A DNA stretch of 64,000 bases from Geopsychrobacteraceae bacterium (GCA_963676795.2 CAXXTB010000002.1:1664001-1728000), one strand, 5' to 3'; shown: positions 49,749 through 59,892, counted from the first letter of the stretch. Notes: generated by a model from the letters alone, not told the origin. Made by a program: numbers and translations.

Positions 49749-51089
49749 ATGAGGGAAAACCAAGGAACACCGCAGAAATCGGAAGAAAAGATTGGCGTAA
49801 AGCGATCATTCTTCTACGGCTTTCAATCAATTCTCGCCTGCAACTTATTTTTAGGACCAATTGTTATCATCGGCGTAATGCAGATGAATGTTTCCGCAGC
49901 TGCCGCACTTATTGCGTACACCTTCCTGGCTTGCGGAATTGCGACTCTTATTCAATCTGGATTTTTTCTTAAATACCAGGTTATTCAGGGAATGTCTTTT
50001 GCGACACTTGGTGCTGTCATTGCAATTGCAATGAAACAAGACTTCGCAACAGTTTTTGGTGCCTTAATGATTGCCTCGGTTTTACTGATCGTAATCGGCT
50101 ACCTTAAAATCTTTAGTAAAATAGTAAAAGCGCTGATTCCCGGGCTTGTTGCAGGGACTGTTATTGTTGTCATTGGTGTTGCCTTGATGCCGATAACTGT
50201 CAATTCTCTTCTTCGTATCCCCGGAAGCCCATCTATCAATTTTCTTGAAGCAGGTGTAACATTCGTGTCCATGCTTGTTCTGATGAGACTCGGGAGCATT
50301 CGTAACAAGATCGGCAGAATCCTCTCTCTTGGTTCCGTTATTTACGCAATCGTCATCGGAACTGTAGTTGCTGCCCTCTTTGGTCACGTGGACCTGAGCC
50401 CAGTCAGTAGCGCCCCCTGGTTAGCAGTTCCCAAGATCCTTCCTTTCGGCGCACCAAAGTTTGACCTTAGTGCCATTGTTGTCATGACTATAATTTTGAT
50501 CATTGTCATGGTTGAGTCAGTTGGTACCTGGTTCACTATTTCTGAAATGTCTGGTGACGATCTTGACCAGAAAAGAATTGACCAGGGTGTTATCGGAGAA
50601 GGCCTTGGCTGCCTGATCGGAACATTTCTCGGCGGATTACCAGTCACCAGCTATGCATCAAACACTGGTGTCTTGGCAGTTACAAAGGTGTTCAGTAGAT
50701 ATGCAGCTCTTGCAGCAGGTGTTATCGCCATAGTCATGGCCATTTGCCCGAAGCTTATGTTCCTCATTGCTGTAATTCCCGGTTCCGTCATCTGGGGAAT
50801 TTACGGAGTCATCGCAATTGCAATCATGATGAGCGGCTTAGCCTGCGTTAAGCAGTATCCGTTCACAGAACGCAATAATCTGGTATTCGGCATTTCGATC
50901 TTGACGACTATTGGTGCAAGCCTTCTGCCAATGCCACTTATTCAAAGCATGCCACCATTGCTCAGCTATCTGCTTGGCAATGCAATCTGTGTTGGTGCTT
51001 TGACAGCGATCATAGTCAACAAGATCATCCCAGAGAAAAAGAGTGATTGCGCGCCAGATCAAACCGAATCGCAAGCTAATGCCGCGTAA
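49749..51089 (+). CDS. NCS2 (xanthine/uracil permease family) transporter
   Basis: GIATLIQ, QGMSFA, MVESVG, PVTSYASNTGVLAVTKVFSR signature region. Confidence 0.88.
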   Translation: MRENQGTPQKSEEKIGVKRSFFYGFQSILACNLFLGPIVIIGVMQMNVSAAAALIAYTFLACGIATLIQSGFFLKYQVIQGMSFATLGAVIAIAMKQDFATVFGALMIASVLLIVIGYLKIFSKIVKALIPGLVAGTVIVVIGVALMPITVNSLLRIPGSPSINFLEAGVTFVSMLVLMRLGSIRNKIGRILSLGSVIYAIVIGTVVAALFGHVDLSPVSSAPWLAVPKILPFGAPKFDLSAIVVMTIILIIVMVESVGTWFTISEMSGDDLDQKRIDQGVIGEGLGCLIGTFLGGLPVTSYASNTGVLAVTKVFSRYAALAAGVIAIVMAICPKLMFLIAVIPGSVIWGIYGVIAIAIMMSGLACVKQYPFTERNNLVFGISILTTIGASLLPMPLIQSMPPLLSYLLGNAICVGALTAIIVNKIIPEKKSDCAPDQTESQANAA

Positions 51090-51190
51090 ATCAGATCAAA
51101 AGCATCACTGCCCCTTGGCATTTACCAGGGCTATATCTCAGGTGAAAAGATCTGGTTCCAATTCGAAATGACATTCTAAAAGCACAAGAC

Positions 51191-51227
51191 TCCTTCACAC
51201 TGATGCCCGGATCATCAGTGTGAAGGA
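51191..51227. terminator. 15-bp hairpin after NCS2 gene
   Basis: TCCTTCACACTGATG / CATCAGTGTGAAGGA. Confidence 0.55.
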
Positions 51228-51420
51228 TCATTTTGAGCAATTTGCTCTCAAGAACCATACATATTCACATAGTAACGAGCCAGACTCCCCAACCCGAAGT
51301 CAAGTCAATCAGTCAAGGACAATCCTTGACCAGGACGTTTGACTTTGGTTTTAATGGCCCCTGACGAAATCAGGGGCACTTTTTGCCATCCTTGAGCCTC
51401 AATATAAAGAAAACAGCCCG

Positions 51421-52617
51421 ATGCCTGCAGCCATACAGATTAAGCATAATAAAATTAACAAAGTTGCACTGGTCCTGACCTTTGGCCTGCTGAATGCCTT
51501 TGCACCCTTTGCGACTGATATGTATCTGTCGAGCTTTCCAAGCATTGCCGACAGCCTGCATTCCTCAATCGCGGAAGTTCAGTACAGCGTATCCACGTTC
51601 TTTATCGGCATTGCTGTTGGACAGCTACTCTACGGTCCCCTTATCGATCGATTCGGCCGCCGCCTGCCCTTGCTCATAGGCATAATGTTCTTCACGATTG
51701 GCGCTTTTTCCGCGATCTTTTCACCAACTATCGGCGCATTCAACGCGCTACGAGTCGTTCAGGCCGTTGGCGGCTGTTCCGGAATGATCATCAGTCGCGC
51801 CATCATCCAGGATCTGTTCAACACCAACGAAGCGGCTCGTGCACTTTCGATGATGATGATGGTTCAGGGAATCGGGCCTGTTGCGGCTCCGGTTATGGGG
51901 GGCTACATCTATAGCTTCTTTGGCTGGAAAGCTGTCTTTGTCTTCCTGACCCTGTTTGGTATCTGCTGCCTGTTAGCAACCTTGAGATATGTCCCCGAAA
52001 CCCTTGACACCCCTCGGCCAATCAATCCGAAGCAGATACTGGGCAATTTTACCCAGGTTCTTTCCAATCGGAGTTTTCTGGTTCCCCTGCTTTCCGGCAG
52101 CATGGCCCTGGCAACGATCTTTATTTTTATCAGTGCCTCCCCCTTTGTCTTTATGGTCCTGCACAAGGTCAGCAAAGAGCACTACACCTGGATCTTCGGC
52201 ATCTGCGCCTGCGGCATGCTGGTGGCCGCCCAGATCAACACCATGCTGCTCAAGCGCTTCTCCCCCTTGGCAATCCTTCGTGTGACCCTGATTTTCCTGA
52301 TCATCATGTCTGCCCTACTGATTGCCGTAACCACAACAGGTGAACTTAGCGCCTTTATCATTGTCCTGTTTTTCTGCATTGCTACAGTTCCGATCACTGC
52401 CGCCAACTCAACAGCTATTGCCATGTCAGCCTGCGGCAAAAATGCCGGAACGGCATCATCGCTGGTCGGGGTCACTCAATACATCATAGCCGGATTTATC
52501 AGTGCTCTGGTTGGATGGGTCCACAACGGAACGGCCTACCCTATGACGATTACCATGTGCCTGGTTGCCGTTTTGGCATTCATCATTCTACTGCTGAACG
52601 GCAGACAGCCCCGATAG
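51421..52617 (+). CDS. Bcr/CflA-family MFS efflux transporter
   Basis: PFATDMYLSSFP, GPLIDRFGRR, AGTASSL. Confidence 0.9.
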   Translation: MPAAIQIKHNKINKVALVLTFGLLNAFAPFATDMYLSSFPSIADSLHSSIAEVQYSVSTFFIGIAVGQLLYGPLIDRFGRRLPLLIGIMFFTIGAFSAIFSPTIGAFNALRVVQAVGGCSGMIISRAIIQDLFNTNEAARALSMMMMVQGIGPVAAPVMGGYIYSFFGWKAVFVFLTLFGICCLLATLRYVPETLDTPRPINPKQILGNFTQVLSNRSFLVPLLSGSMALATIFIFISASPFVFMVLHKVSKEHYTWIFGICACGMLVAAQINTMLLKRFSPLAILRVTLIFLIIMSALLIAVTTTGELSAFIIVLFFCIATVPITAANSTAIAMSACGKNAGTASSLVGVTQYIIAGFISALVGWVHNGTAYPMTITMCLVAVLAFIILLLNGRQPR

Positions 52618-52805
52618 TTTTTTTAAAAACATAAACATTTAGCTTATTGCAAGCGCTGGTAGACAGGTTGAGAGTTGTCAGTCGCTGCCTTTTCTTATAA
52701 AGTTACAACTCATTTTAAAACTGTTACTCTCGCGCTATCCCCTTCATAACAAAACATAGCAAACTGCTATAACTCATCGCGTATCTTTGAATTTCTATTT
52801 CAACC

Positions 52806-52833
52806 TTGCTCTTCTATAAGACTGAGGTATAAA
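52806..52833 (+). promoter_or_regulatory. Promoter/operator upstream of cassette B
   Basis: TTGCTC-16bp-TATAAA; GCTCTTCTATAAGACT at 52808-52823 (13/16). Confidence 0.6.
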
Positions 52834-52916
52834 TTTGGCATATCTTCTGTAAGCGTATCAGCTTTTCATTTGTGCAGGCAGGCTCCAATAAACAACAAAC
52901 AACCGGGAGGAACGCT

Positions 52917-53549
52917 ATGCAAGAACTGATTAATGCAATGGTCGAAATGGAGGAAGACAGATTCCTGGATTTGACCAAAGAATTGTTGGCATCAGGCGAG
53001 GATCCGAATGCTATTTTCCGCGCCTACCAGGAAGGCATGGCTGAAATAGGCAGACGTTTTGAACAGAATGAATTCTTCATTCCTGAGCTGATCATGGCCG
53101 GCGAAATGATGAATGACGGCGCCGAACTGATCAAACCCTATCTCGACGAGGATGCCAAAACTGTAACAAAAACGATTGGTTCCATGGTTCTTGCAACCAT
53201 TGAAGGCGATATCCACGATATCGGCAAGAACATCTACGGCATGATGATGGAACTGAGCGGCTTTGAAATCATCGATCTGGGTGTCGATGTGCCGGTAAAT
53301 ACCATCATCTCCAAAATCGAAGAGATTAAACCAGATTTATTGGGCATGAGTGGCCTGCTGACCCTCGCCTTCGATCCGATGAAGGAGGTTGTCGAGAAGC
53401 TAAAAGAAAAAGGCTTGCGAGATTCCACAAAGATCCTGGTCGGCGGTGGGCAGTTCGACCAGACCGTCTGCAACTTTGTTGGAGCAGACGGATTTGCGAC
53501 GGACGCTATTGTCGGCGTCAATATCTGCAAAGATTGGATGAAAGCATAA
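52917..53549 (+). CDS. Corrinoid protein 3 (cassette B)
   Basis: Close paralogue of 47649; GGAGG RBS. Confidence 0.95.
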   Translation: MQELINAMVEMEEDRFLDLTKELLASGEDPNAIFRAYQEGMAEIGRRFEQNEFFIPELIMAGEMMNDGAELIKPYLDEDAKTVTKTIGSMVLATIEGDIHDIGKNIYGMMMELSGFEIIDLGVDVPVNTIISKIEEIKPDLLGMSGLLTLAFDPMKEVVEKLKEKGLRDSTKILVGGGQFDQTVCNFVGADGFATDAIVGVNICKDWMKA

Positions 53550-53603
53550 GCTGATATTTTTTTGTTCGTTATCCAACTTATTTCTTTGATGATGGAGGTC
53601 GTT

Positions 53604-54911
53604 ATGGAAGACAAGCAAAGCAAATTTCTCGAAGATTGGGCCTCAGCAAAAAATGTAGAATTTGACAATGACGCAGCAAAAGAAGCCTATCTCTATCGAG
53701 CCAACCTCTTCAAGGATGCCATCGAGCTCAAGAAAACACCCGACAGGGTCCCCATCTATTCAATTGTCACCTTTGCCCCCATGTATGTTCTCAACGTCAA
53801 ACATAAAGACGCCATGTATGACGCCAATGTTCTGGGCAAAACCTATTACGACTTTACAGTAAAATATGACCTCGATGCTGCGAACACGCCGGTGTTGTGC
53901 AGCCACGGTCCGACCCTGGATGCACTTAAATATCTGCTCTACAAATGGCCCGGTGACGGCCTTCCAGACAACACGGCTTACCAGTTTGTCGAAAAGGAGT
54001 ACATGAAGGTAGAAGAGTACGATCACCTGATTCAGGATCCGACCGACTTCATGCTCAAGGTCTTCATGAGTCGCATTGCCGGCAACCTTAAACCCTTCAG
54101 TAAAATCGGAACCTTTTACGGTTTACATGAAATAGGGCTGTCAAACAGCCTGCTTATTTCGCTTGGGGCACCGGACGTCCAGGAAGCATTCATGGCCCTG
54201 CTTGAAGCCAGCAGACATCATTTCGACTGGATCAACAAGCTCGTTCCGCACATCCTCAAAACCATGAGCAGTGGCTACCCGTTCGGCTCTGGCGGGGCGG
54301 CAAAGGTTCCTTTTGATTTTCTGGGCGACAGCTTACGCGGAACAACCCAGCTGATGATGGATATGTATCGCCGGCCGGAAAAAGTACTTGAAGCCTGTGA
54401 GCGCCTCGTTCCACACATGGTCAAGATGGGTGCAGCCGATGCTCATGCCAACGGAAACCCGCTGGTCTTCATCCCACTCCACAAAGGAGCGGATGGCTTC
54501 ATGTCCAGTGCCCAGTTTGAAAAATTCTACTGGCCGAACATGAAAGCAGTGATGCTCGGTCTGATTGACGAAGGCTGCGTGCCGGTCTGTTTCGTCGAAG
54601 GGTCCTACAATGAAAGGCTCGACTATCTGACCGATCTCCCTAAGGGTAAATGCGTTTTCTATTTCGATAAGACCGACATGTCTATGGCCAGAAAGAAACT
54701 AAACGACATCGCCTGTATCGGTGGGGGCTTCCCAGTTTCCAAGATCCTGACCGGAACTCCTGAGCTGGTTGCCGATTCAACGAAAAAGCTCCTTGATGAA
54801 GCCGCCGGAGACGGTGGCTATATCCTGGGGATCGGCTGCTCCATGGATGAAGCCAAGGATGAAACACTGAAAGCATTTGTCAAAACCGGTCGGGATTACG
54901 GTCGGTACTGA
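53604..54911 (+). CDS. Long UroD-fold putative methyltransferase (cassette B)
   Basis: Close paralogue of 48326. Confidence 0.82.
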   Translation: MEDKQSKFLEDWASAKNVEFDNDAAKEAYLYRANLFKDAIELKKTPDRVPIYSIVTFAPMYVLNVKHKDAMYDANVLGKTYYDFTVKYDLDAANTPVLCSHGPTLDALKYLLYKWPGDGLPDNTAYQFVEKEYMKVEEYDHLIQDPTDFMLKVFMSRIAGNLKPFSKIGTFYGLHEIGLSNSLLISLGAPDVQEAFMALLEASRHHFDWINKLVPHILKTMSSGYPFGSGGAAKVPFDFLGDSLRGTTQLMMDMYRRPEKVLEACERLVPHMVKMGAADAHANGNPLVFIPLHKGADGFMSSAQFEKFYWPNMKAVMLGLIDEGCVPVCFVEGSYNERLDYLTDLPKGKCVFYFDKTDMSMARKKLNDIACIGGGFPVSKILTGTPELVADSTKKLLDEAAGDGGYILGIGCSMDEAKDETLKAFVKTGRDYGRY

Positions 54912-54930
54912 AATATCTGAAAGAAAACAA

Positions 54931-54966
54931 CAATCAAACCCCGCAGAATATTGCGGGGTTTGATTG
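54931..54966 (+). terminator. Hairpin terminator after cassette B
   Basis: CAATCAAACCCCGCA / TGCGGGGTTTGATTG. Confidence 0.65.
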
Positions 54967-55211
54967 CAATGGCTTGAGAAGGCAGTCGATTTTTTCTTGG
55001 CAAGTCAAAAAAACTGCACGCCGACCTCCCCTACAGAAGATTATTTACGAATCATCCAGCTATCTTCTGATCGAATACCCAGCTAATTCCTATAGAAGTC
55101 TCGTGGTCTTAAAAAACATCCCTTATAGAAAAAATCATCTAACCCATAGAAAATACGTCAACTAAAAATAAAACAACATATTGAATTTGCAAAAAATCAT
55201 CAATTTTACCA

Positions 55212-55240
55212 TTGTCTTCTATAAGACTATAGGCTATTGT
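55212..55240 (+). promoter_or_regulatory. Promoter/operator upstream of cassette C
   Basis: TTGTCT-17bp-TATTGT; TGTCTTCTATAAGACT at 55213-55228 (14/16). Confidence 0.68.
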
Positions 55241-55309
55241 TTTACCGCACCGAACAGGGTTTCTCTATATGAAACAATTAACAGGGGTAAACAAAAAAGG
55301 AGGTAAGTT

Positions 55310-55942
55310 ATGCAAGAACTGATTAATGCCATGGTTGAGATGGAAGAGGATAAATTCCTCAGCCTGACCAAAGAACTGCTAGAAAAGGGCGAAGACCCGA
55401 ACGCAATCTTCCGCGCCTATCAGGAAGGGATGGCCGAAATCGGCAGACGTTTTGAACAGAACGAATTCTTCATCCCTGAGCTGATCATGGCTGGCGAGAT
55501 GATGAACGATGGCGCCGAGTTGATCAAACCCTACCTTGATGAGGATGCCCAGGCCGAAAAAACAAGCATCGGCACCATGGTTTTGGCCACCATCGAGGGC
55601 GATATCCACGATATCGGCAAGAACATCTACGGAATGATGATGGAACTGAGCGGCTTTGAAGTCATCGACCTTGGCGTTGACGTACCGGTCGATACCATCA
55701 TTGCCAAAGTTGAGGAAGTGAAGCCGGAACTGATCGGCATGAGCGGCCTGTTGACCCTGGCCTTTGACCCTATGAAAGCCGTTGTCGACAAGCTGAAGGA
55801 AAAAGGACTGCGTGATTCCGTTAAAGTCATGGTCGGTGGCGGTCAATTCGACCAGACGGTTTGTGACTTTATCGGCGCTGACGGATATTCCACCGATGCA
55901 GTCGTCGGCGTCAATATCTGCAAGGGCTGGCTTGAAGCGTAA
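55310..55942 (+). CDS. Corrinoid protein 4 (cassette C)
   Basis: Close paralogue; AAGGAGG RBS. Confidence 0.95.
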   Translation: MQELINAMVEMEEDKFLSLTKELLEKGEDPNAIFRAYQEGMAEIGRRFEQNEFFIPELIMAGEMMNDGAELIKPYLDEDAQAEKTSIGTMVLATIEGDIHDIGKNIYGMMMELSGFEVIDLGVDVPVDTIIAKVEEVKPELIGMSGLLTLAFDPMKAVVDKLKEKGLRDSVKVMVGGGQFDQTVCDFIGADGYSTDAVVGVNICKGWLEA

Positions 55943-55991
55943 TACATTTAGTTCGTCAAATAAACTTAACACATACTTGTAGGGGGTAAGA

Positions 55992-57299
55992 ATGGAAGAC
56001 AAGCAGGATAAGTTTCTTGAAGAATGGGCATCAGGTGCTGGTATTGAATTTGAGAACGACGAAGTAAAAGCTGCTTACCAATATCGTACGAATCTGATCA
56101 AAGACGCAATTCAGCTCAAAAAGACTCCGGATCGTGTACCTGTCATGCCACTGGCATTCTGGGCGCCGATCGACCTTTACAACATCACTCCCAAAGACGC
56201 CATGTACGATACCGACGTACTGGGGCAGGCCTTCGTTGACTATTCTATCGATTACGCTCCAGACGCAACTGGCATTCCGCCGATGATCAGCCACGGCCCA
56301 ACCTTCGACATATTGAAATACAAAATGTATAAGTGGCCAGGCGGCGGTCTGCGTGACGACCTGACTTATCAGTACGTCGAGGACGAATATATGAAGGTTG
56401 AAGACTACGATCATCTGATCGATGATCCGTCCGATTTCTTCTGGCGTAAATACCTTGGCCGGGCCTTCGGCGCACTGGAGCCCTTTGCTGACATGGCTCC
56501 CCTATACGGTTCCGTAGAGATCACCCTGGTCAACTCCTTCCTCTGCTCCGTCGGCACCCCACCGATGCAGGAAGCGCTGGAAGCCCTGAAGCAGGCGGGC
56601 AAAACGAACTTTGACTGGATCTGCAAACTGCTGCCTTACATGGGCAAGATCGTCTCTTCGGGCTTTCCGATGTTTGCTGGTGGCGCTACAAAAGCTCCGT
56701 TCGACTACCTGGGTGACACTCTCCGTGGTACCACAGCCCTGATGATGGATATGTACCGTCGTCCAGAGAAGGTTCTTGCCGCCTGCGAAAGACTGACCCC
56801 GATCATGATCAAGAACGGCATTGCAGAGGCCAAAGCCAACGGTAACCCGATTGTCTTCATTCCGCTTCACAAAGGTGCGGACGGCTTCATGTCCGACAAA
56901 CAGTTCCAGAAGTTCTACTGGCCTGGTCTGAAAACCGTCATGGATGGACTGATTGAAGGCGGCTGCGTCCCTTGCTGCTTTGTTGAAGGCGGCTACAATG
57001 AGCGTCTCGACTACCTGGGTGACTTCCCAAAAGGTAAAGTCGCATACTACTTCGACAAAACAAACATGGCCGAAGCTCGCAAAAAACTCGAAGGCAAAGC
57101 GTGTATCGGTGGTGGTTTCCCGATCTCACAGATCCTCAAGGGAACGCCCGACGAGGTCGAGAGAGGCACCAAGGAACTGCTGGATACCGCAGCCGGAGAC
57201 GGCGGATACATCCTCGGTATCGGCTGTGCGATGGATGAGGCGAAGGAAGACACCCTCAAGCGCTTCATTCAGGTCGGTAAAGAATACGGTAAATATTAA
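55992..57299 (+). CDS. Long UroD-fold putative methyltransferase (cassette C)
   Basis: Same family motifs; N-terminal half more diverged. Confidence 0.82.
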   Translation: MEDKQDKFLEEWASGAGIEFENDEVKAAYQYRTNLIKDAIQLKKTPDRVPVMPLAFWAPIDLYNITPKDAMYDTDVLGQAFVDYSIDYAPDATGIPPMISHGPTFDILKYKMYKWPGGGLRDDLTYQYVEDEYMKVEDYDHLIDDPSDFFWRKYLGRAFGALEPFADMAPLYGSVEITLVNSFLCSVGTPPMQEALEALKQAGKTNFDWICKLLPYMGKIVSSGFPMFAGGATKAPFDYLGDTLRGTTALMMDMYRRPEKVLAACERLTPIMIKNGIAEAKANGNPIVFIPLHKGADGFMSDKQFQKFYWPGLKTVMDGLIEGGCVPCCFVEGGYNERLDYLGDFPKGKVAYYFDKTNMAEARKKLEGKACIGGGFPISQILKGTPDEVERGTKELLDTAAGDGGYILGIGCAMDEAKEDTLKRFIQVGKEYGKY

Positions 57300-57318
57300 A
57301 TATTAATTAGCACCTCCC

Positions 57319-57357
57319 AAGGCCATACCGGAACAGCATCCCGGTATGGCCTTTTTT
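57319..57357 (+). terminator. Intrinsic terminator
   Basis: AAGGCCATACCGG / CCGGTATGGCCTT then T run. Confidence 0.8.
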
Positions 57358-57395
57358 ACTTCCCTTCCCTCGCAGGCGCATTAAATATTTTTGCC

Positions 57396-57424
57396 TTCCA
57401 TTTAGTCCTATATAAGACTATAGT
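57396..57424 (+). promoter_or_regulatory. Promoter/operator
   Basis: TTCCAT-17bp-TATAGT; AGTCCTATATAAGACT at 57404-57419 (15/16). Confidence 0.68.
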
Positions 57425-57552
57425 AAGTACACGAACTATCTCAAGGCACGAACAAGTCGTTCATGGCTGCACTATGCGCCCTGATCGTCAAAGAGCCGAA
57501 CTGGCAACAATCAACAAACAATGTTAACCATGTATTCTTGAAGGAGAAAAAG

Positions 57553-58938
57553 ATGGAAGAGTCAGGTACCACGCCACAGGGGGGACCACCACCATTGCCG
57601 GAGAACTGGTGCACCATGACCGGTGATGAAAAATTTGAATACTACACCAGCGGCTGGGCTTCAGCTGAAGGGAAGCAATTTGCCTCACCGGAAGCAGCGC
57701 AAAAATACGAGAAACACGCGCAACGCTTCCTCAACGCTGTAAAGCTCAAGGAAAGTGATGAAGTCCCGGTCTACTTCTTTCACGATGGCTTCATTCACAA
57801 GCACAACGGTCTCAAGGCGTCTGACTATTTTTACGAGACTGACAAGTATCTGGATGCCGCGAAAAACATGCACGTGGATTTCGACCTGGACTACAGCGCC
57901 CTGAGCATGATCATGTCGGGCCAGGCCATGGACACCCTGGATGTAAAATTGATGAAGTGGCCAGGCAGCAGGCTTGAGGCCCGCCGGCTTCCGGACAATG
58001 TCAACTTCCAATACGCCGAAGGTGAGTTCATGCACGCCTCGGAGTACGAGGAGTTGATCAACAATCCTGAAGGCTTCATTCTGCGCAAATTCATTCCGCG
58101 GACCTGCACGAAACTGGCTGGACTGGCCGCTGTTCCAAACCTGTTCAACGTTGTCGAATCGGCCTGCATCACCGGCACCCTGCTCGGATTGGGTCAGGGC
58201 TCACCAGCCAGGCAGGCCCTGGAGACTCTCCTCAAGGCCGCCGATGAAAGTACCGAAGTCATGCTTAAGTTCATCGGTGCCAACATGGATATCGCCGGTA
58301 CCTACGGGGCTCCAGCCATTACTGGAGGCGCGGCCTTTACCCCGTACGATATGATCGGCGATACCATGCGCTGCACCATGGGGATGATGAAAGACCTGAT
58401 TCGCCACCCTGACCTGGTCAAAAGAGCCTGCGAAGCGCTCGTCCCCATGAGTGTCCAGATGGCGGTGCAACAGGCCGAAGTGACAAGAAACCCGTTCATG
58501 TTCATTCCGCTGCACAAAGGTGCTGACGGTTTCATGTCGAACAAGCAGTTCAAGGAAATCTACTGGCCGGCTGTAAAACAGTCCTTCCTCGGCATGATTG
58601 AAAATGGTGTCATTCCTTTTGCCTTTGTTGAAGGTGCTTACAACCAGCGCTTGGACATTATGGCCGAAGATCCACTGCCAGCTGGAAAGTCAATCTGGCT
58701 CTTTGACCGCACCGACATGAAAGCCGTCAAAGAGAAAATCGGTCCATGGGCCTGTTTTGGTGGCAACGTTCCTGCCTCGCTTTTCAAGCAGGCCAGCGCC
58801 CAGGACATGACAAACTACTGCAAGAACCTGATTGAAACCTGCGCACCGGGGGGGGGCTTCTTTGTCGCACCGGGTGCGGTTATTGACGATGCGGAAGTTG
58901 AAAATGTTCATGCATTCTTGAAGTGCGGCAGAAAATAA
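57553..58938 (+). CDS. Long UroD-fold putative methyltransferase, stand-alone and more divergent
   Basis: PYDMIGDTMR, IPLHKGADGFMS, GGNVP. Start after AAGGAG. Confidence 0.8.
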   Translation: MEESGTTPQGGPPPLPENWCTMTGDEKFEYYTSGWASAEGKQFASPEAAQKYEKHAQRFLNAVKLKESDEVPVYFFHDGFIHKHNGLKASDYFYETDKYLDAAKNMHVDFDLDYSALSMIMSGQAMDTLDVKLMKWPGSRLEARRLPDNVNFQYAEGEFMHASEYEELINNPEGFILRKFIPRTCTKLAGLAAVPNLFNVVESACITGTLLGLGQGSPARQALETLLKAADESTEVMLKFIGANMDIAGTYGAPAITGGAAFTPYDMIGDTMRCTMGMMKDLIRHPDLVKRACEALVPMSVQMAVQQAEVTRNPFMFIPLHKGADGFMSNKQFKEIYWPAVKQSFLGMIENGVIPFAFVEGAYNQRLDIMAEDPLPAGKSIWLFDRTDMKAVKEKIGPWACFGGNVPASLFKQASAQDMTNYCKNLIETCAPGGGFFVAPGAVIDDAEVENVHAFLKCGRK

Positions 58939-58961
58939 ACCATCTTTGCCATCAAACACAG

Positions 58962-59002
58962 AAACGGCGCATGCCTTCGGGAGGCACGCGCCGTTTTTTT
59001 TT
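58962..59002 (+). terminator. Intrinsic terminator
   Basis: AAACGGCGCATGCC-TTCGGGA-GGCACGCGCCGTTT then T run. Confidence 0.8.
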
Positions 59003-59044
59003 CAATCCCAGATACGACAAAGTTACAGGAGCCCGAAGCTCCAT

Positions 59045-59707
59045 TCAAAATAACGGAACCGACTCGCCAGGTTGGCAGATCACAAAACGTTCGTTATCCC
59101 AGTTACCACTGAGCAAATCAGCCAACAGGGTCAAATCGGAAATGAATTTTTTAAAATCAAGGCCGTGGCTCTTAGCCAACAGCTTGCACTCGGAGAGAAC
59201 CTCCGATCGTTCAACATGTTCAATCAAGCCAAGTGTCGAATAATGCTTCAGAGCAAGCCGAACAATTCTCTCTCTCTGCTCCTCCGAAAAACCATCCAGC
59301 CCCTTTTTGCATTGACAGAAAATATCCATCTCCGTGCCGATCCAGTCAGGTTCCAGAAAAAAGCTTCCAGGGTTCTCTGCCTGGATCTCTCTATGTCGCT
59401 CACGCGAGCCCAGTAACAGCCCGACACAGTCATCGACCTTCGGAATAATCAGACGACTTATTTTAGATTTCAGCCGTTCGACAGACCGGCCACAAAGACC
59501 ATATGCAAGAACGATATCACAGCCATCTTCTTCAAGCCGGTCGATTTCATGCTGCAAGTGAGCCCTTAAATTGTCCGGATTCAGGTGCAACTGAACATCC
59601 AGAGTGACAATCTCTGAAAATTCTGTTGTATTATGAAGCATTATGAGATGCTTGAGCGCATGACAACAGATCAATTTTGCCTTTAACGCAACCATAACTT
59701 TGCCCAT
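59045..59707 (-). CDS. DUF1638-like protein (second copy)
   Basis: LHLNPDNLR, LAYGLCG, DDCVGLLLGS, PGSFFL. Confidence 0.82.
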   Translation of the reverse strand: MGKVMVALKAKLICCHALKHLIMLHNTTEFSEIVTLDVQLHLNPDNLRAHLQHEIDRLEEDGCDIVLAYGLCGRSVERLKSKISRLIIPKVDDCVGLLLGSRERHREIQAENPGSFFLEPDWIGTEMDIFCQCKKGLDGFSEEQRERIVRLALKHYSTLGLIEHVERSEVLSECKLLAKSHGLDFKKFISDLTLLADLLSGNWDNERFVICQPGESVPLF

Positions 59708-59892
59708 ATAACGATCAAATAGAACAAACTAAAACAGGTTCAGAATATCACATTCCTCTATACTTCTATATCATTTTTAGCTACAATTGCACATGTTATG
59801 CAATCAGCAAGATATTGTAATTTCAATACAGAGGTATAGGATCTTCTCATGAGCCACACAACCGAATGAGAACTTGAGAGAAAGAGACTATA

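Noticed and set aside
33623..58938. UroD-fold proteins as true uroporphyrinogen decarboxylases (hemE)
   Set aside because: They lack the MRQAGR signature and pair with corrinoid proteins.
59750..59890. Operator copy in the gntR/DUF1638 divergent promoter
   Set aside because: Only weak TCTATA half-sites; too degenerate to count.
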